From: an uncultured Planctomycetota bacterium
GTDB lineage: Bacteria; Planctomycetota; Planctomycetia; Isosphaerales; Isosphaeraceae
DNA length: 64,000 bases
Reading direction: 5' to 3'
Assembly (NCBI GenBank): GCA_963845755.1
Contig: CAWJTV010000003.1
Location: 1-64,000 of the forward strand
Shown here piece after piece: positions 51,337 to 62,541 of the stretch; within the stretch, counting starts at the first letter, position 1, and each line of letters starts with the position of its first letter. The notes beneath the pieces are model-generated. The model searched no databases. It was not told where the DNA came from and saw only the letters and a program-made list of their open reading frames with translations. Position numbers and translations under genes: made by a program.

Positions 51337-54172
51337 TCAATACATGCCGCTCATGGTGAAGTTGAAGTACTGGACCCGATCCCCGTAGGCATGCATCACC
51401 GGAAATGCCAGGTCGAACTCGAACGGCATGGGGCCGAACATCGGGATATTCACCTTCAAGCCGGTCCCGACCGAGATCCGCATGTCGTTGAGCTGGTAGT
51501 TGGGCGTGACGGTGCCGAAATCGGTGAAGATGATCTGGTTGAAGGTGTCCTTGGCGTTCCAGGGGATCTGGTACTCGACCGACCCGATGGCCATCATGAC
51601 GCCGCCAGTGGAGACGCCGAAGGCGTGCGGGCTGACCGATCGATAATAGAAGCCCCTCAGGCTGCCGAAGTTGCCCGCGTAGAAGCGTTCGTAGACGGGG
51701 GTCGATTCGGTGGCGATCCCGAAGTGGCCGCGGATCGTGAAGAACTGCTTGCCCGTGCCGTCGGGCCGGCTGAAAGTGGGAATGTACATTCGCCCCTCGG
51801 CGTCGAACTTGGTGAACGTGAAGCTGCCGAATCCTTGCTCGACCGAGAAGTTCGCGTACTGGCCCTTGGTGGCCATGAAGGGGTTATTCCGATTGTCGAA
51901 GCGAAGGCTGGGCATGATCGCGTACAACTGGGTGAAGCCGCTGGCGGCCAGGTAATCGGCGGGGGCGGGCGTCTTGTAGCCGAAGAAGTCGACCGCCTCG
52001 GCCCAGGCGGCGATGTCGGCGTACATGCTGGTCCCGATCTGCTTCCCAATCGAGATGCGGCCGCCGCCGCGGCGTTCGTTCCACAGGTAGGGATAGTACC
52101 GGGAGAAGAGGTAGCCGGTGACGGCCGCACCGATATTCCTGTCGAAGAGGTAGGGCTCGCGGAGGCTCACCTGCATGCTGTTGACCCAGTTGCCCGCCAT
52201 GAGATTGATCCGCAATTCCTGGCCGCCGCCGCGGAAGGCGATGCCGTTGGCGATGTCGCTGAACGACCTGGGAAAGTTGGTGATATCGAAGTTCTTCTCC
52301 CAGATGGAGGCGCTGCCGATGAGCCCCTGAAAGCTGTTGGCCCCGACGCCGATCATGAACCGGCCGGTGGGGCCCTCCTCGACCGAGGTGATAATGTCCG
52401 CGAAGGCCCGGTTGGGGTAGGGATCGTTCCGGTCGGGCCCGACGTTGGTCATGCCCGTGCCGGGGATGCTGGGGAAGCTGCCGGGTGGCTCGCCTTCACC
52501 GACGGGTGGCTGTCCCGATGGAGGAGCGCCGGCCCCGGGGCCGGCCGGCGGCCCGGGCAGTGGTGGTGGGACCGTGATCGCGGGCATCGTATCCGGCTGG
52601 GGATCGAAGGGATTCTGCGGGAGCAATCCTCCCGCCGCCCGATGCCGGCGCGTTGCCGGGCATCTGCGGCGGGAGCGGTCGCAAGGCGTCGGGCACCGGC
52701 AGCGGGTCGGGCAAGGGGTCGCTGCCCGGGCCGGGGTCTTGCATCCGCGCCTGCGTTGCTTCGCCGATGAGCGGCATCGGAAGTTCGCCGTACGGCTTGT
52801 CCTTGGGACGCCGGTTCACGATCTTGATCTCGATCGGCTGCTTCCCATTCGGCTGACCTCCCTGTCCCTGACTGTTCTGGAAATATCCCAGCGACATCAG
52901 GCGCCGCCGATAGATCTCGATCCGGTTCTTGTCCAGGACCTCACCCGGCAACAGCCCGGCCTGCACGGCCTCGCGCCGGATCACCTTGTCCCGGGTCCGC
53001 GCGTTCCCCTCGACCTTCAAGTCGGCCAGCAGGTACGGCTCTCCCTCCTCGATCTTGTAGACCAGATCGACGACGCCCGACTCGTTGGTGAACTTCGGCT
53101 CGTCGACGATCTGCGTGTCGATGCAGCCGATCTCGTTGTATTTGATCAGCATGCGATTCTTGTCGGCGTCGCGCACCGACTGGAGGAACGGCCGGCCCGA
53201 ATGCAGCTCGAGGTCCTCCTTCAGGGCGGTCGCCTTGAGCTTGCTGTTCCCCTGGAGGAGCACATTGCGGACATAGTACCGGGGGCCTTCGTGAACGACG
53301 AAGGTCAACTCGAGCTCGCCGAGGTCTTTCCCGGCCTTGGTCACCGGCGTCACCTTGGCCTCGAAGAAGCCCTGGGACTGATAGTATTCGACGAGCTTCT
53401 GGCGGTCCTCATCGAGCATGTCGCGGTGATACTTGCCGAAGAGTCCCAGGATCGGCTTTCGGCTGGTGATGTGGGTCTGCAGGGTGGCCGGCGAGGCGAA
53501 CTGGCTGCCGACGAAGCGGATGCTGCCGATCTTGACCTTGGGTCCCTCGAAGATCTGGATCACGACCTTGGTATCGCCCGGCTTGCCCCCTTCGAGCAGC
53601 TTGACCTCGGCCAGGTCGTAGCCCTTCTCGTGGTAGAGCCGGAGGATGTGGCCCAGCGCCATCTGGGTGCTCATGGAATCGGCGCGGGCATTGACCTTCA
53701 GTCCGGTGGTATCCTCGATCTCCTTCTGACGGATGGCTTTTCGCCCCCGAAACTCGACGGAGGTCAGGACGGGCATCTCGTGGACGATGAAGGTCACGAT
53801 GAGCTTCCCGCTCTTGGGCTGGGATTCATCGCAGTAGATCTGGACATCGGAGAACCATTTGGTGTGCATCAGCGACTTGATATCGGCGTCGATCTTCTGC
53901 ATCTCGAGCGGCTGGCCGACCCGGCTCAGGAGCTTGGGCCGGATTTTCTCGGCCGGGATCGTGGCGTTCCCCTCAAATCGGATCTCGGAGATGGTCCCCT
54001 CGGGGACTCGCTCGACCTGCGCGGAGGCGGGGGAAGTGCAGGCGGTCGCGAGCAGCAGGGCGATGATGCCGGTGAGGGCGGCCGTGCGGAGCGTCCTGGC
54101 CCCGCGGCACATTCGGGGCCGTGATGGCGACGGGGACGAGGGGACTCTCGTGCCCAGGGCCGGCATCGGCAT
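51337..54172 (-). CDS. bamA: Outer membrane protein assembly factor BamA (Omp85), frameshift near 52640; start approximate
   Basis: POTRA repeats (IRFEGN, VEFRG, VEGNARTRDKVIRRE); barrel motifs FRGGGQ, ERFYAG..LRGF, DLAFP. Confidence 0.88.
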
Positions 54173-55063
54173 AGCGGCACCGGCCCCGACACCGGTCGGC
54201 TTTCCCGGCGTCCGTCGGATTCGACCCACGGGAGCCATCCTGGCCGCCGGTGGGATCTGGCGTACGTCAGATCTCATGAGCGATCGTTTCCTGACCCAAC
54301 CGATCGGGAGCCGCCCGGACGACGTCATCCGCGATACGGGCGTTGTCCTCGAAGCCGGGACGAGGATCCGCCGGCCATGAGCGCCGGCCCTCCTTGCCGT
54401 CCGTCAACCGCGCCGGAGCACCGTCCGCGCATCAATCCTAAGAGGATGGGAATGAATCGAATCGCAGAATCCAGATTCAGGACCCAATGAACGTAATACC
54501 CTGTTTAAACAGGGCTTATATCCATTTTCTGCCTTGAATTCTTGATTTGGAATCGATTCTTTCGCAGCCCCTGGGCCTATTCTTGACTGGCCGTCGCCGC
54601 CGCCATCCATGGCCCGGCGCCGCCTCGGCCCAATATGCCGCTGTCTGGGACATGACCTGCGCGGACCTTGTACCGAAGTCGAATCGATCTCGCAACCCCG
54701 GAAGCGACCAATTCCATTAAAGCCGACGGTAGGAATGAGCCGACCGCAGCCTGACGTGCCCGGTCGTCCGCGATCATCGTGAAGGCGCGTCCGCGTGACA
54801 TCCTAAAGAAACGGCCGGTCGTGCTTAATTCGAGAGCAAATGAAGGCATGCACGATGGATTGTGCCGACTTGACGGAGAAGGTTGACCAAGGAGAATTGA
54901 CGGGATCTACTCCAGGGAATCTCCCGAGCAACGCTCGGTTTTCGTCGCCAGGTCCAGATTGCTCGGCCCTTGATTATGAGGTTGGCATGAGGTTTGCGAA
55001 GAGCAAGTAAGATGCTTTGGTGATAGGGACAATAGCCCGTGATGTCCCGATAAGGGAGGAACG

Positions 55064-55159
55064 ATGAAGACACCACAACCCATTCGAGAAATCGCTCCGC
55101 CCGCCTGGCAACTGCCCTTGATCGCCAGTGAACCTCGCGGACCGCGTCGCAGAGCTTGA
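55064..55159 (+). CDS. Putative 31-aa peptide MKTPQPIREIAPPAWQLPLIASEPRGPRRRA
   Basis: Strong Shine-Dalgarno AAGGGAGG just upstream of ATG; no recognised homology. Confidence 0.35.
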   Translation: MKTPQPIREIAPPAWQLPLIASEPRGPRRRA

Positions 55160-55257
55160 CGTGCCGGAACTCTCGGGTAACATGACCTTGACGGTTCCGT
55201 CCGTTCGGGGCGGAGGTCCCGGCTGACTTCGAGACACCGAGGGCGCGAGGCGCGGGC

Positions 55258-56541
55258 ATGTCGTCGCTCGAACGACCCAAGCTTCGTCCGCTCACGGCTC
55301 GACGGATCGAGCACGAGGGACAGTCTTTCGTCATGCTTCAGGATCCGATCGGGGTTGTCCCGCAACCAATCCTGGTCCCGTGGGACGGTTATTCCCACGT
55401 CGTGCGACACTTTGACGGCCAATCGACGTTGATCGAGATCCAGGCGCGAGTGCTCCGCGAGACGGGGCAGTTCGTGGCGATGAAGGATCTCGAGGATCTG
55501 GTCCGGCGATTCGATGAGACGATGATCATCGAGGGACCGGCATTCGCGATGTTTCACCAGCAGTATCGGGAATCGGGCCGGCGCCCGGCGGCACTCGCGG
55601 GTCGCTCGTATGCGGCGACGTTGCGGGCGCTCCGCGCCCAGCTCGACCAGTTCTTCGTGGGTGCCCAGGGTGCCGGTGTGCCGGCCGCCGAGGGCGTTGA
55701 GCGCGCGGCGGGGTTCCGCGGCATCCTGAGCCCACATATCGACTTCCAGCGCGGCGGCCCGGTCTATACCTGGTCTTACCGGGAGCTCGTGGAACGTTCG
55801 GAGGCCGACACGTTCGTCATCCTGGGCGTCGCTCACCAATACTGCCGTCGCCGGTTCGTGCTGACACTTAAGGACTTCGAGACGCCGCTGGGCGTGGTTC
55901 CCACCGACCGATCCTACGTGGAGCGGATCGCCTCGCTGGCCGGTCGAGACCTGTTCGATGACGAATTGTCCCATCGGACCGAGCACTCGATCGAGTTCCA
56001 GGTCGTCTTCCTGCAGCACCTACTGGGCGGCCGGCGCCCCTTCACGATCGTTCCGATCCTGGTCGGCTCGTTCAATGACTTGATGGAACGGGCGATGGAC
56101 CCGATCGCGAACCCGGAAGTGCACCGTTTCATCGAGGCGCTGCGAGTCGCCGAGTCGGCCAGCGGCAAGTCGGTGGCCTACATCGGCGGTATCGACTTGT
56201 GCCATGTGGGCCCGGAGTTCGGTGATCCGAGGCCGGTTGACCCGATCCTCCAGGAACAGGTGCGCCAGTTTGACGGCGCGATGCTGGACCGGGCCGCGGC
56301 CGGCGATCCCCAGGGTTGGTTTCGCACGGCGGGTGCAGTGGGGAACCGCTGGCGGGTCTGCGGCCTGGCGGCGACTTATACTTTCTTGCACGCCATCGGC
56401 CCGGCCCGGGGCCGGGTGCTCCGGTACAACCAGGCCCTCGATGACCGCAGGACCTGCTGCGTGAGCTTCGCGAGCATGGCGTTCCACGCCTCCGAGCCAT
56501 CGGTGAATCCGCTTCATGCCAATCTCGTCATCCATGCCTGA
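55258..56541 (+). CDS. MEMO1 family protein (AmmeMemoRadiSam system protein B) with N-terminal extension
   Basis: LAGRSY, SPHIDF, ILGVAH, FETPLG, EHSIEFQ, DLCHVG, VCG. Confidence 0.88.
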   Translation: MSSLERPKLRPLTARRIEHEGQSFVMLQDPIGVVPQPILVPWDGYSHVVRHFDGQSTLIEIQARVLRETGQFVAMKDLEDLVRRFDETMIIEGPAFAMFHQQYRESGRRPAALAGRSYAATLRALRAQLDQFFVGAQGAGVPAAEGVERAAGFRGILSPHIDFQRGGPVYTWSYRELVERSEADTFVILGVAHQYCRRRFVLTLKDFETPLGVVPTDRSYVERIASLAGRDLFDDELSHRTEHSIEFQVVFLQHLLGGRRPFTIVPILVGSFNDLMERAMDPIANPEVHRFIEALRVAESASGKSVAYIGGIDLCHVGPEFGDPRPVDPILQEQVRQFDGAMLDRAAAGDPQGWFRTAGAVGNRWRVCGLAATYTFLHAIGPARGRVLRYNQALDDRRTCCVSFASMAFHASEPSVNPLHANLVIHA

Positions 56542-57516
56542 GGATCACGCGGGCGGTGCGGTGACCGCAGCCGCTTCCGCAGTCGAGGCGACACCGGGTC
56601 CCGAGGCCCCCCGTCCGCCTTGCCCGGCCCCGGCCGATTTCCGCGCGGAAGTCGTGCGCTACGACCGAGATGTGGAGGTCGACCGCTGGGACGGCCCGCG
56701 GTACCGCTTGACCTATCGCATCCTGGGACAAGGGCCGACCCTGTTCCTGATCCCGGGAATCGCCTCGACCTATCGCGTCTATGCCCTGTTGCTCAACCGG
56801 CTGGCCGAGCACTTCCGGACGATCGTCTACGACTATCCCGGCGAGCATACTGGCGACGGCGCCCGGTTGAGGCGGGTCACTCACGACCATCTCGTGGACG
56901 ACCTCTTCGGGTTGATCGATCACCTGAACGTCGGGCGGGCCTTCCTGGCCGGTTTGTCGTTCGGCTCGACGATCGCACTCGAGGCGCTGCGCCGGGAGCC
57001 TCGGCGGTTCCCGCGATCGGCTCTCCAGGGAGGGTTCGCGCACCGCCGGTTCTCGGCGGCGGAGCGTTGGGCGCTGCGGCTGGGCCGGCTCGTCCCGGGG
57101 ACGGTCTCCCGGCTCCCCCTGCAGCCGCACGGTCCTGACCTACAACAGCCGGCTGGAGTTCCCCTCACTCCTGGACGACCGCTGGGACTTCTACATCGAG
57201 CAGAACGGATTGACGCCGATCCGGTCCCTGGCCCACCGCGTTCGACCTCCTCACGCGCCTGGACCTGCGCCCGATCCTCCCGATGATCCCCGCGGAAATC
57301 CTCCTGATCCAGGGCAATGAGGACCGGATCGTCCCCCGGCGCGACCACGAGACACTCAAGGCCGCGCTGCCCAAGGGCGAAGGTGTCATCATGCCGAACG
57401 TCGGCCACCAACCTCATATGACCCACGCCGAAGTCCTGGCCCAACTGATCCACCAATGGCTGCTCCCCTGCGCCGAGGGGCCGGGGGGCTGCACGGAGCA
57501 CGCGGGCTGTCCGTGA
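56534..57516 (+). CDS. Alpha/beta fold hydrolase, frameshifted
   Basis: GQGPTLFLIPG, GLSFGS nucleophile motif, IQGNEDRIVP, VGHQPH. Confidence 0.82.
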
Positions 57517-57552
57517 CCGCCGAAGAGGCGAACGATCGCACAAGGATACTGC

Positions 57553-58463
57553 TCAACGGGATTTTCGGCTGCGGAGCCGTCGCAACTCCTCTTCCATCGC
57601 TCGGACCCGGGCCTCGGCGTCCACCCGGCCTTGGGCCTCGGCGTCGGCGCGTCGGGCTTCGGCATCGGCGCGTTGGGCTTCGGCATCGGCGCGTCGAGCT
57701 TCGGCCGCCCGGGACTGGCTGACCTCCGTGTAATCACCGATCTCCTCGTTCGTCGCCGGGTCGATCAGCACGACGCGGTCGCCATCCGTATTCGGATCCT
57801 TCCTCACCCCCAGCAACAGGTTCACCGGCTCCAGCGAGACGCGCCGAGTTTGTCGGCTGGCACGGACTGGTACGCCTTGCCTTTCAATCGATAGGCGATC
57901 AAGGTGATTCGTCGCTTTTCGCCTTCCTCATGAGCATCGACGATGACGTAATGGGGCACCTTCGCCATCGCATATTGGTTGACCTTGGTCTTGACGTCCA
58001 CGACCCGAGTGTCGTCCGAAGTGACCTCGACGATCAACGACGGCCGCACCTTCTCCGTTTTCACGCGGAAGGTCTTCCAGTCCTTGCGCCTCTTGACGCC
58101 GAAGATCACCGCCAGGTCGGGGCTATGATGGCGCAGGCCGGGAATATCCCAGTAGATGCCGCAATCGGAGAGCACGACAACCGAAAGGTCGTCCGCATTC
58201 TGGGCCTTGAGAACCGTTCGGAGATAGGTACAATCGTCGGTGTGAGGATCGCTGAGCAAATGGACGTCTCCTTGCCGGGGGTGGAGCACATCGTCCAGGG
58301 TCAAGGGGAGCCGGACCCAGCGAGAGCGGCCGTCAGGGAGCTTCTTGCACACCTCGCGATAACCATAGGCGAACGAGGCTTTCCCCTGGCGGCGATTCCG
58401 CGCGGGCCGCGTCTCGGACACATCAATGGCCGGCTTGTTGCGCCGATCGTGAACGGTGCTCAT
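57553..58463 (-). CDS. Uma2 family endonuclease with coiled-coil tail, frameshift near 57840
   Basis: HSPDLAV, PSLIVEVTS, KVNQYA..VPHYVIVD; AEARRAD heptad tail. Confidence 0.85.
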
Positions 58464-58715
58464 GCGACCCTCCGGGGATCGAGCCACTCGGCTCGCTCGT
58501 TCTCGAGACGAGCCTACCACAAATCGGGCTTACGGGCGAGGAGAACCGTTACCCCTCGGGCGGACGGGATCCCCCGGGCTTCCCGGGGATCCGTTTGCCG
58601 GCGTTGTCCTGTTGGCTTGTCGGCGGGAAGCGGATTACAATGTCGCAACTTGCGGCCACGGCCGTTTAGGATATTGGGGACATCGAGGCTGGCCCGTGCG
58701 ACAGGAACGGTCACG

Positions 58716-59982
58716 TTGAGCGACGGCCAATCGAAGCTGGTGATCCTGGGGATCGGCGATGACGGGCTCGCCGGGTTGACCGATCCCGCGCGCCGGTTGC
58801 TGTCGACGGCCGACCTGATCCTCGGAGCATCGTCGATCCTGACGTTGCTGGAAGGCGTGGGGGCGCGAAAGCAGCCGCTAGAGGCGGACATGAGCCTGGC
58901 GCTGCGCCAGGTCCGCGAGGCGCTGGCGCACCATCACCCGGTGCTGGTCTGCGGCGGCGACCCGCTGTTCTACGGGGTGGCGCGGTACCTTTGCGATCGG
59001 CTCGGGAAGGACCACTTCGAGGTCGTACCGCACGTCAGCAGCATGCAACTGGCGTTTGCCCGGATCAAGGAGAGCTGGGAGGACGCCTACCTGACCAGCC
59101 TGGCGGGCCGGCCGATCGAGACCGTCATCGACCGGATCCGGACCGCGGAGAAGATCGGCCTGTTCTCCAGCGACGAATGCCCCCCATCTCGGCTGGGGCG
59201 GGAGTTGCTGGACCGAGGGATCGATTACTTCCGGGCGTATGTCTGCGAGAACCTGGGCTCGCCGGACGAGCGCGTCACGCAATGCGAGTTGGTGGACCTG
59301 GCGGTCATGGACTTCGACCCGCTCCACGTGCTGATCCTCATCCGCAAGCCCAACCGGCCGGATCGCGCGGGGCGAGCCGGCCGGCACCGGCTCTTCGGCA
59401 ACCCCGACGATGCCTTCGCCCAATCGCTGCCCAAGCGGCGGGTTGATCACCCAGGCCGAGGTGCGCGCGATCGCGCTGGCGCAGCTCGATATCCGGCCCA
59501 CGAGCGTCGTCTGGGACATCGGTGCCGGCTCGGGGTCCGTGACGATCGAGGCCGCCCAGCTCGCGCATCAGGGGATGGTCTACGCCATCGAGCCGGAGCC
59601 GGCCGACATCGCGCTGATCCAGGCCAACGCGGAGGTCTTCGGCGTGCCCAACATCCGCACGGTGGCCGGCCGCGCCCCCGAGGTCCTGGCAGCGCTGCCC
59701 CAGCCCGACGCCGTCTTCGTGGGAGGGACGGGCCGGCAGGTTGACCTGGTCCTCAGCACGGCGTACGATCGGCTCTGCCAGGGGGGGACCCTGGCGGTCA
59801 ACGTCGCCACGATCGAGGGACTGGCAGCGGCCTATCAAACCCTCAAGGGCCTGGCCGGCCACGTGAGCGTCTGGAACGTCTCGATCGCTCGCGGGATCGA
59901 GCAGATGGACCGGCTTCGGTTCGAGGCGATCGCTCCCACATTCCTGTTGGCCGTCACCAAGCGGGAGCCATCCGATGATTGA
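58716..59982 (+). CDS. cbiET: Bifunctional precorrin-6Y methyltransferase/decarboxylase (CbiE/CbiT, CobL-like), frameshift near 59440
   Basis: ILGIGDDG, GGDPLFYG, PHVSSMQLAFA, ENLGSPDE, VWDIGAGSGSV, DAVFVGG. Confidence 0.9.
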
Positions 59983-60124
59983 TCGACGATAGGCGGCCGC
60001 CACGGGCGGTGAGGGCGGTCGCCGAGCGAGAGCCGGCCTGGCTGACGGTTGTGAGATGCCGATGAGATGAATATATTGGATCGATGGCGGATCGCATCCG
60101 CGATCGGCGAGGTGGGCAATCGCA

Positions 60125-60869
60125 ATGGCCGAGGTGCAGGAGCCTGAGCTGGACCTAATCGCCGTGGGCGCATCCCGACGACGTGGAGATCGCCTGTGGC
60201 GGGACCCTGGCCCGGCTCGCCCGCAAAGGGTACGCTGTGGGGATCGTCGATCTGACGGATGGCGAGCCGACGCCGAACTCGCCGGGACCGGACGTCCGCC
60301 TCGCCGAGGCGCGGCGGGCCGCCGAGATCCTGGGGGTCGCGACGCGGATCAACCTCAACCTGCCCAACCGCCGGCTGTTCGACGGATTCGAGGCCCGGAT
60401 CGCACTGGCCAAGGAGTTCCGACGGTACAAGCCCAAAGTCGTCGTCGGGTTCGGCGGCAAGACCGTCCTGGCCTCCCCCGACCATTATCAGGCCATGTTG
60501 ATCACCGACGCGGCGGTCTTCTACAGCCGCCTGACGAAGTGGGATGAGTATTTCGACGGGCTGCCGACCCACACGATCCACAACCAGTTGAGCTTCCCGA
60601 TCGCGTTGCATGGGTTGGACTTGCCCGAGGCATCCGGTTACATTGTTGCCGACATCGGCCCAACCTTGGAGGTCAAGCTCGAGGCGATCCGTTGTTACCA
60701 GACGCAGTTTCCCGCCAGCAAGGCCGGAATCTTTCGAGCCGTCGAGACGATGAACCGATATCACGGCTTGACGGCGGGCTTCGAGGCGGGCGAGTTATTC
60801 ATGACATATCGCTCCGTCGGCGTCGACGACCTGATGCGGTGGGCAAGCCCGGCGCATGCCCGAACCTGA
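60125..60869 (+). CDS. PIG-L/LmbE (BshB1-like) deacetylase, frameshift near 60170
   Basis: AVG(A)HPDDVEIACGG, DLTDGE, SPDH, KLEAIRCYQTQF. Confidence 0.85.
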
Positions 60870-61005
60870 ACGGTTCGGTCCGATCCGCCGGGCAATCGTG
60901 CCGTCGTCGTTCCGGTGTCGGCTCGGCTCCCCTCCCAGGGCCAACGGAGGGAGAGTCGCAGCTCCCTGGACCCCCGACAGCCTGGAAGGCATAAAGGCGG
61001 TTGCG

Positions 61006-62034
61006 ATGAGCACTCAAGCGGTGTTAGTCGGCTGGTTGAAGGGCCTGTTCCAGAAGGATGAACCTGAGGTGAGCTGGTTGTCGCGATTCAGGAACTGGCG
61101 GAAGCTCTTGTTCTTCGGGAAGGACCAGTCCAAGGACGACCCGGAGGCGACGGATGAATTCGCCACGCTCTCCTCGTTCACGCTCCTGCCAGGTCAGCTC
61201 AAGTTGCGGGTCGGGGTCGTCTCGGTGCGGGGGAACTACCGGGAGCACAACGAGGATAATTTCTACGTACCCGGACGGCGGTCGGTGCGGCATGATAGCG
61301 GCTCGGATAGTCACAGCGAGATGTCCACGATGACGCTGGAGCCATCCAACCTGTTCATCGTGGCCGACGGCATGGGAGGGCAGCAGGCGGGCGAGGAGGC
61401 CAGCCGGATGGCCGTCGAGCTGATCCCCAAGGCGGTCGCGCGCCGGCTGACTTCCGAGGAGCGCGAGCCGGGCCGGATCAAAGAGGCGATCCGCGACGCG
61501 GTCGCCGAGGTCAACCAGGAGATCCTGGGCAGCTCCGGCGCCGTGACCGAATTCACCAACATGGGCACGACTGTGGTCCTGGCCCAGTTCCGCTTCGATC
61601 GCGTCTTCGTGGCCGGCATCGGCGACTCGCGCGCCTACCGGCTCCGAGACGGCAAGCTCGAGCGGCTGACCAAGGATCACTCGCTGGCCGACGCCCTGCT
61701 CGAGGCGGGCACCATCTCCGCCGAGGAGCTGCCGACTCACAAGTTCAAGAACGTGCTATACCTCTATCTGGGCAGCAAGGACGCGCGCGGTGGCCCGGAG
61801 GATGTCCGGGTCCTCGACGTACGGCCAGGCGATCGGCTGCTGATGGCCAGCGATGGGCTCACCGGAGTCGTCCCCGATCACGAACTCCAGCGGATCCTGG
61901 CCACGATCGACGACCCCCAACGCGCCGCCGTGACCCTGAAGGACATGGCACTGGCCAACGATTCGCGGGATAACGTCACCTGCTTGATCATCCATGCCGT
62001 CGCCCAGCACGATGGCGCGGTTCCGCCCGCTTGA
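61006..62034 (+). CDS. PP2C-family Ser/Thr protein phosphatase
   Basis: REHNED, IVADGMGG, MGTT, IGDSRAY, TKDHS, ASDGL, SRDNVT. Confidence 0.92.
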   Translation: MSTQAVLVGWLKGLFQKDEPEVSWLSRFRNWRKLLFFGKDQSKDDPEATDEFATLSSFTLLPGQLKLRVGVVSVRGNYREHNEDNFYVPGRRSVRHDSGSDSHSEMSTMTLEPSNLFIVADGMGGQQAGEEASRMAVELIPKAVARRLTSEEREPGRIKEAIRDAVAEVNQEILGSSGAVTEFTNMGTTVVLAQFRFDRVFVAGIGDSRAYRLRDGKLERLTKDHSLADALLEAGTISAEELPTHKFKNVLYLYLGSKDARGGPEDVRVLDVRPGDRLLMASDGLTGVVPDHELQRILATIDDPQRAAVTLKDMALANDSRDNVTCLIIHAVAQHDGAVPPA

Positions 62035-62233
62035 ATTGCCTCAGACGCCTGAGAATCGATGCGATGCGGGATGGACCTTAATCCATCCTCGGCAGGTGTT
62101 TCCGTCGATTCCTTATTGGATTGAGAATCTTCGAGCCGAGCTTTTCCCAAACTCCGAGAGGCCGTGAGAGAATCGATTCAGAATCACAAATTCAGGATTC
62201 CGAATGGATGTTAAGCCCGATGAATCAGAGACT

Positions 62234-62369
62234 TAGTACCGCGCCACGCAGAAACGGCCCGGAAGTCCCTCGGGAAGACGAGCCTCCGTGCGAGCCGACC
62301 ATGGGGAAGCGGCTCGCACGGAGCCTCGCCCTCCCGAAGTCCGATCCCCATTTCCAGGGAGCGGTACGT
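62234..62369. repeat. MITE-like shell with REP doublet
   Basis: gtaccgcgccacgcagaaa / tttccagggagcggtac around gggaagacgagcctccgtgcgagccg..cggctcgcacggagcctcgccctccc. Confidence 0.7.
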
Positions 62370-62372
62370 GGT

Positions 62373-62510
62373 GTCTTCCTCCGTAGGATCCCTGCGCCCT
62401 GCGCGCATCCTGGCGATTCCCGATTCGTGATTCCCCGTTCCCCATTCCCGAATCATTCCCCATGGGGAATCGGGAATCCCGATGGGGTTGCGGCCGAAGG
62501 CCGCGTGAGG
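62373..62510. repeat. Dispersed heptamer-containing repeat, copy 2
   Basis: Matches 19053-19196 at both ends; heptamer number differs. Confidence 0.85.
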
Positions 62511-62541
62511 ATTCTGGAATCTTGAATTCGGGTCCTGGATC

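Noticed and set aside
58464..58715. Cobalamin riboswitch upstream of cbiET
   Set aside because: Only one long GC hairpin near 58559-58599; conserved B12-element motifs not found
23097..60869. Widespread pseudogenisation or programmed frameshifting
   Set aside because: Indels hit likely essential genes such as bamA, appear scattered and show no consistent slippery motif; uncorrected long-read error is more parsimonious
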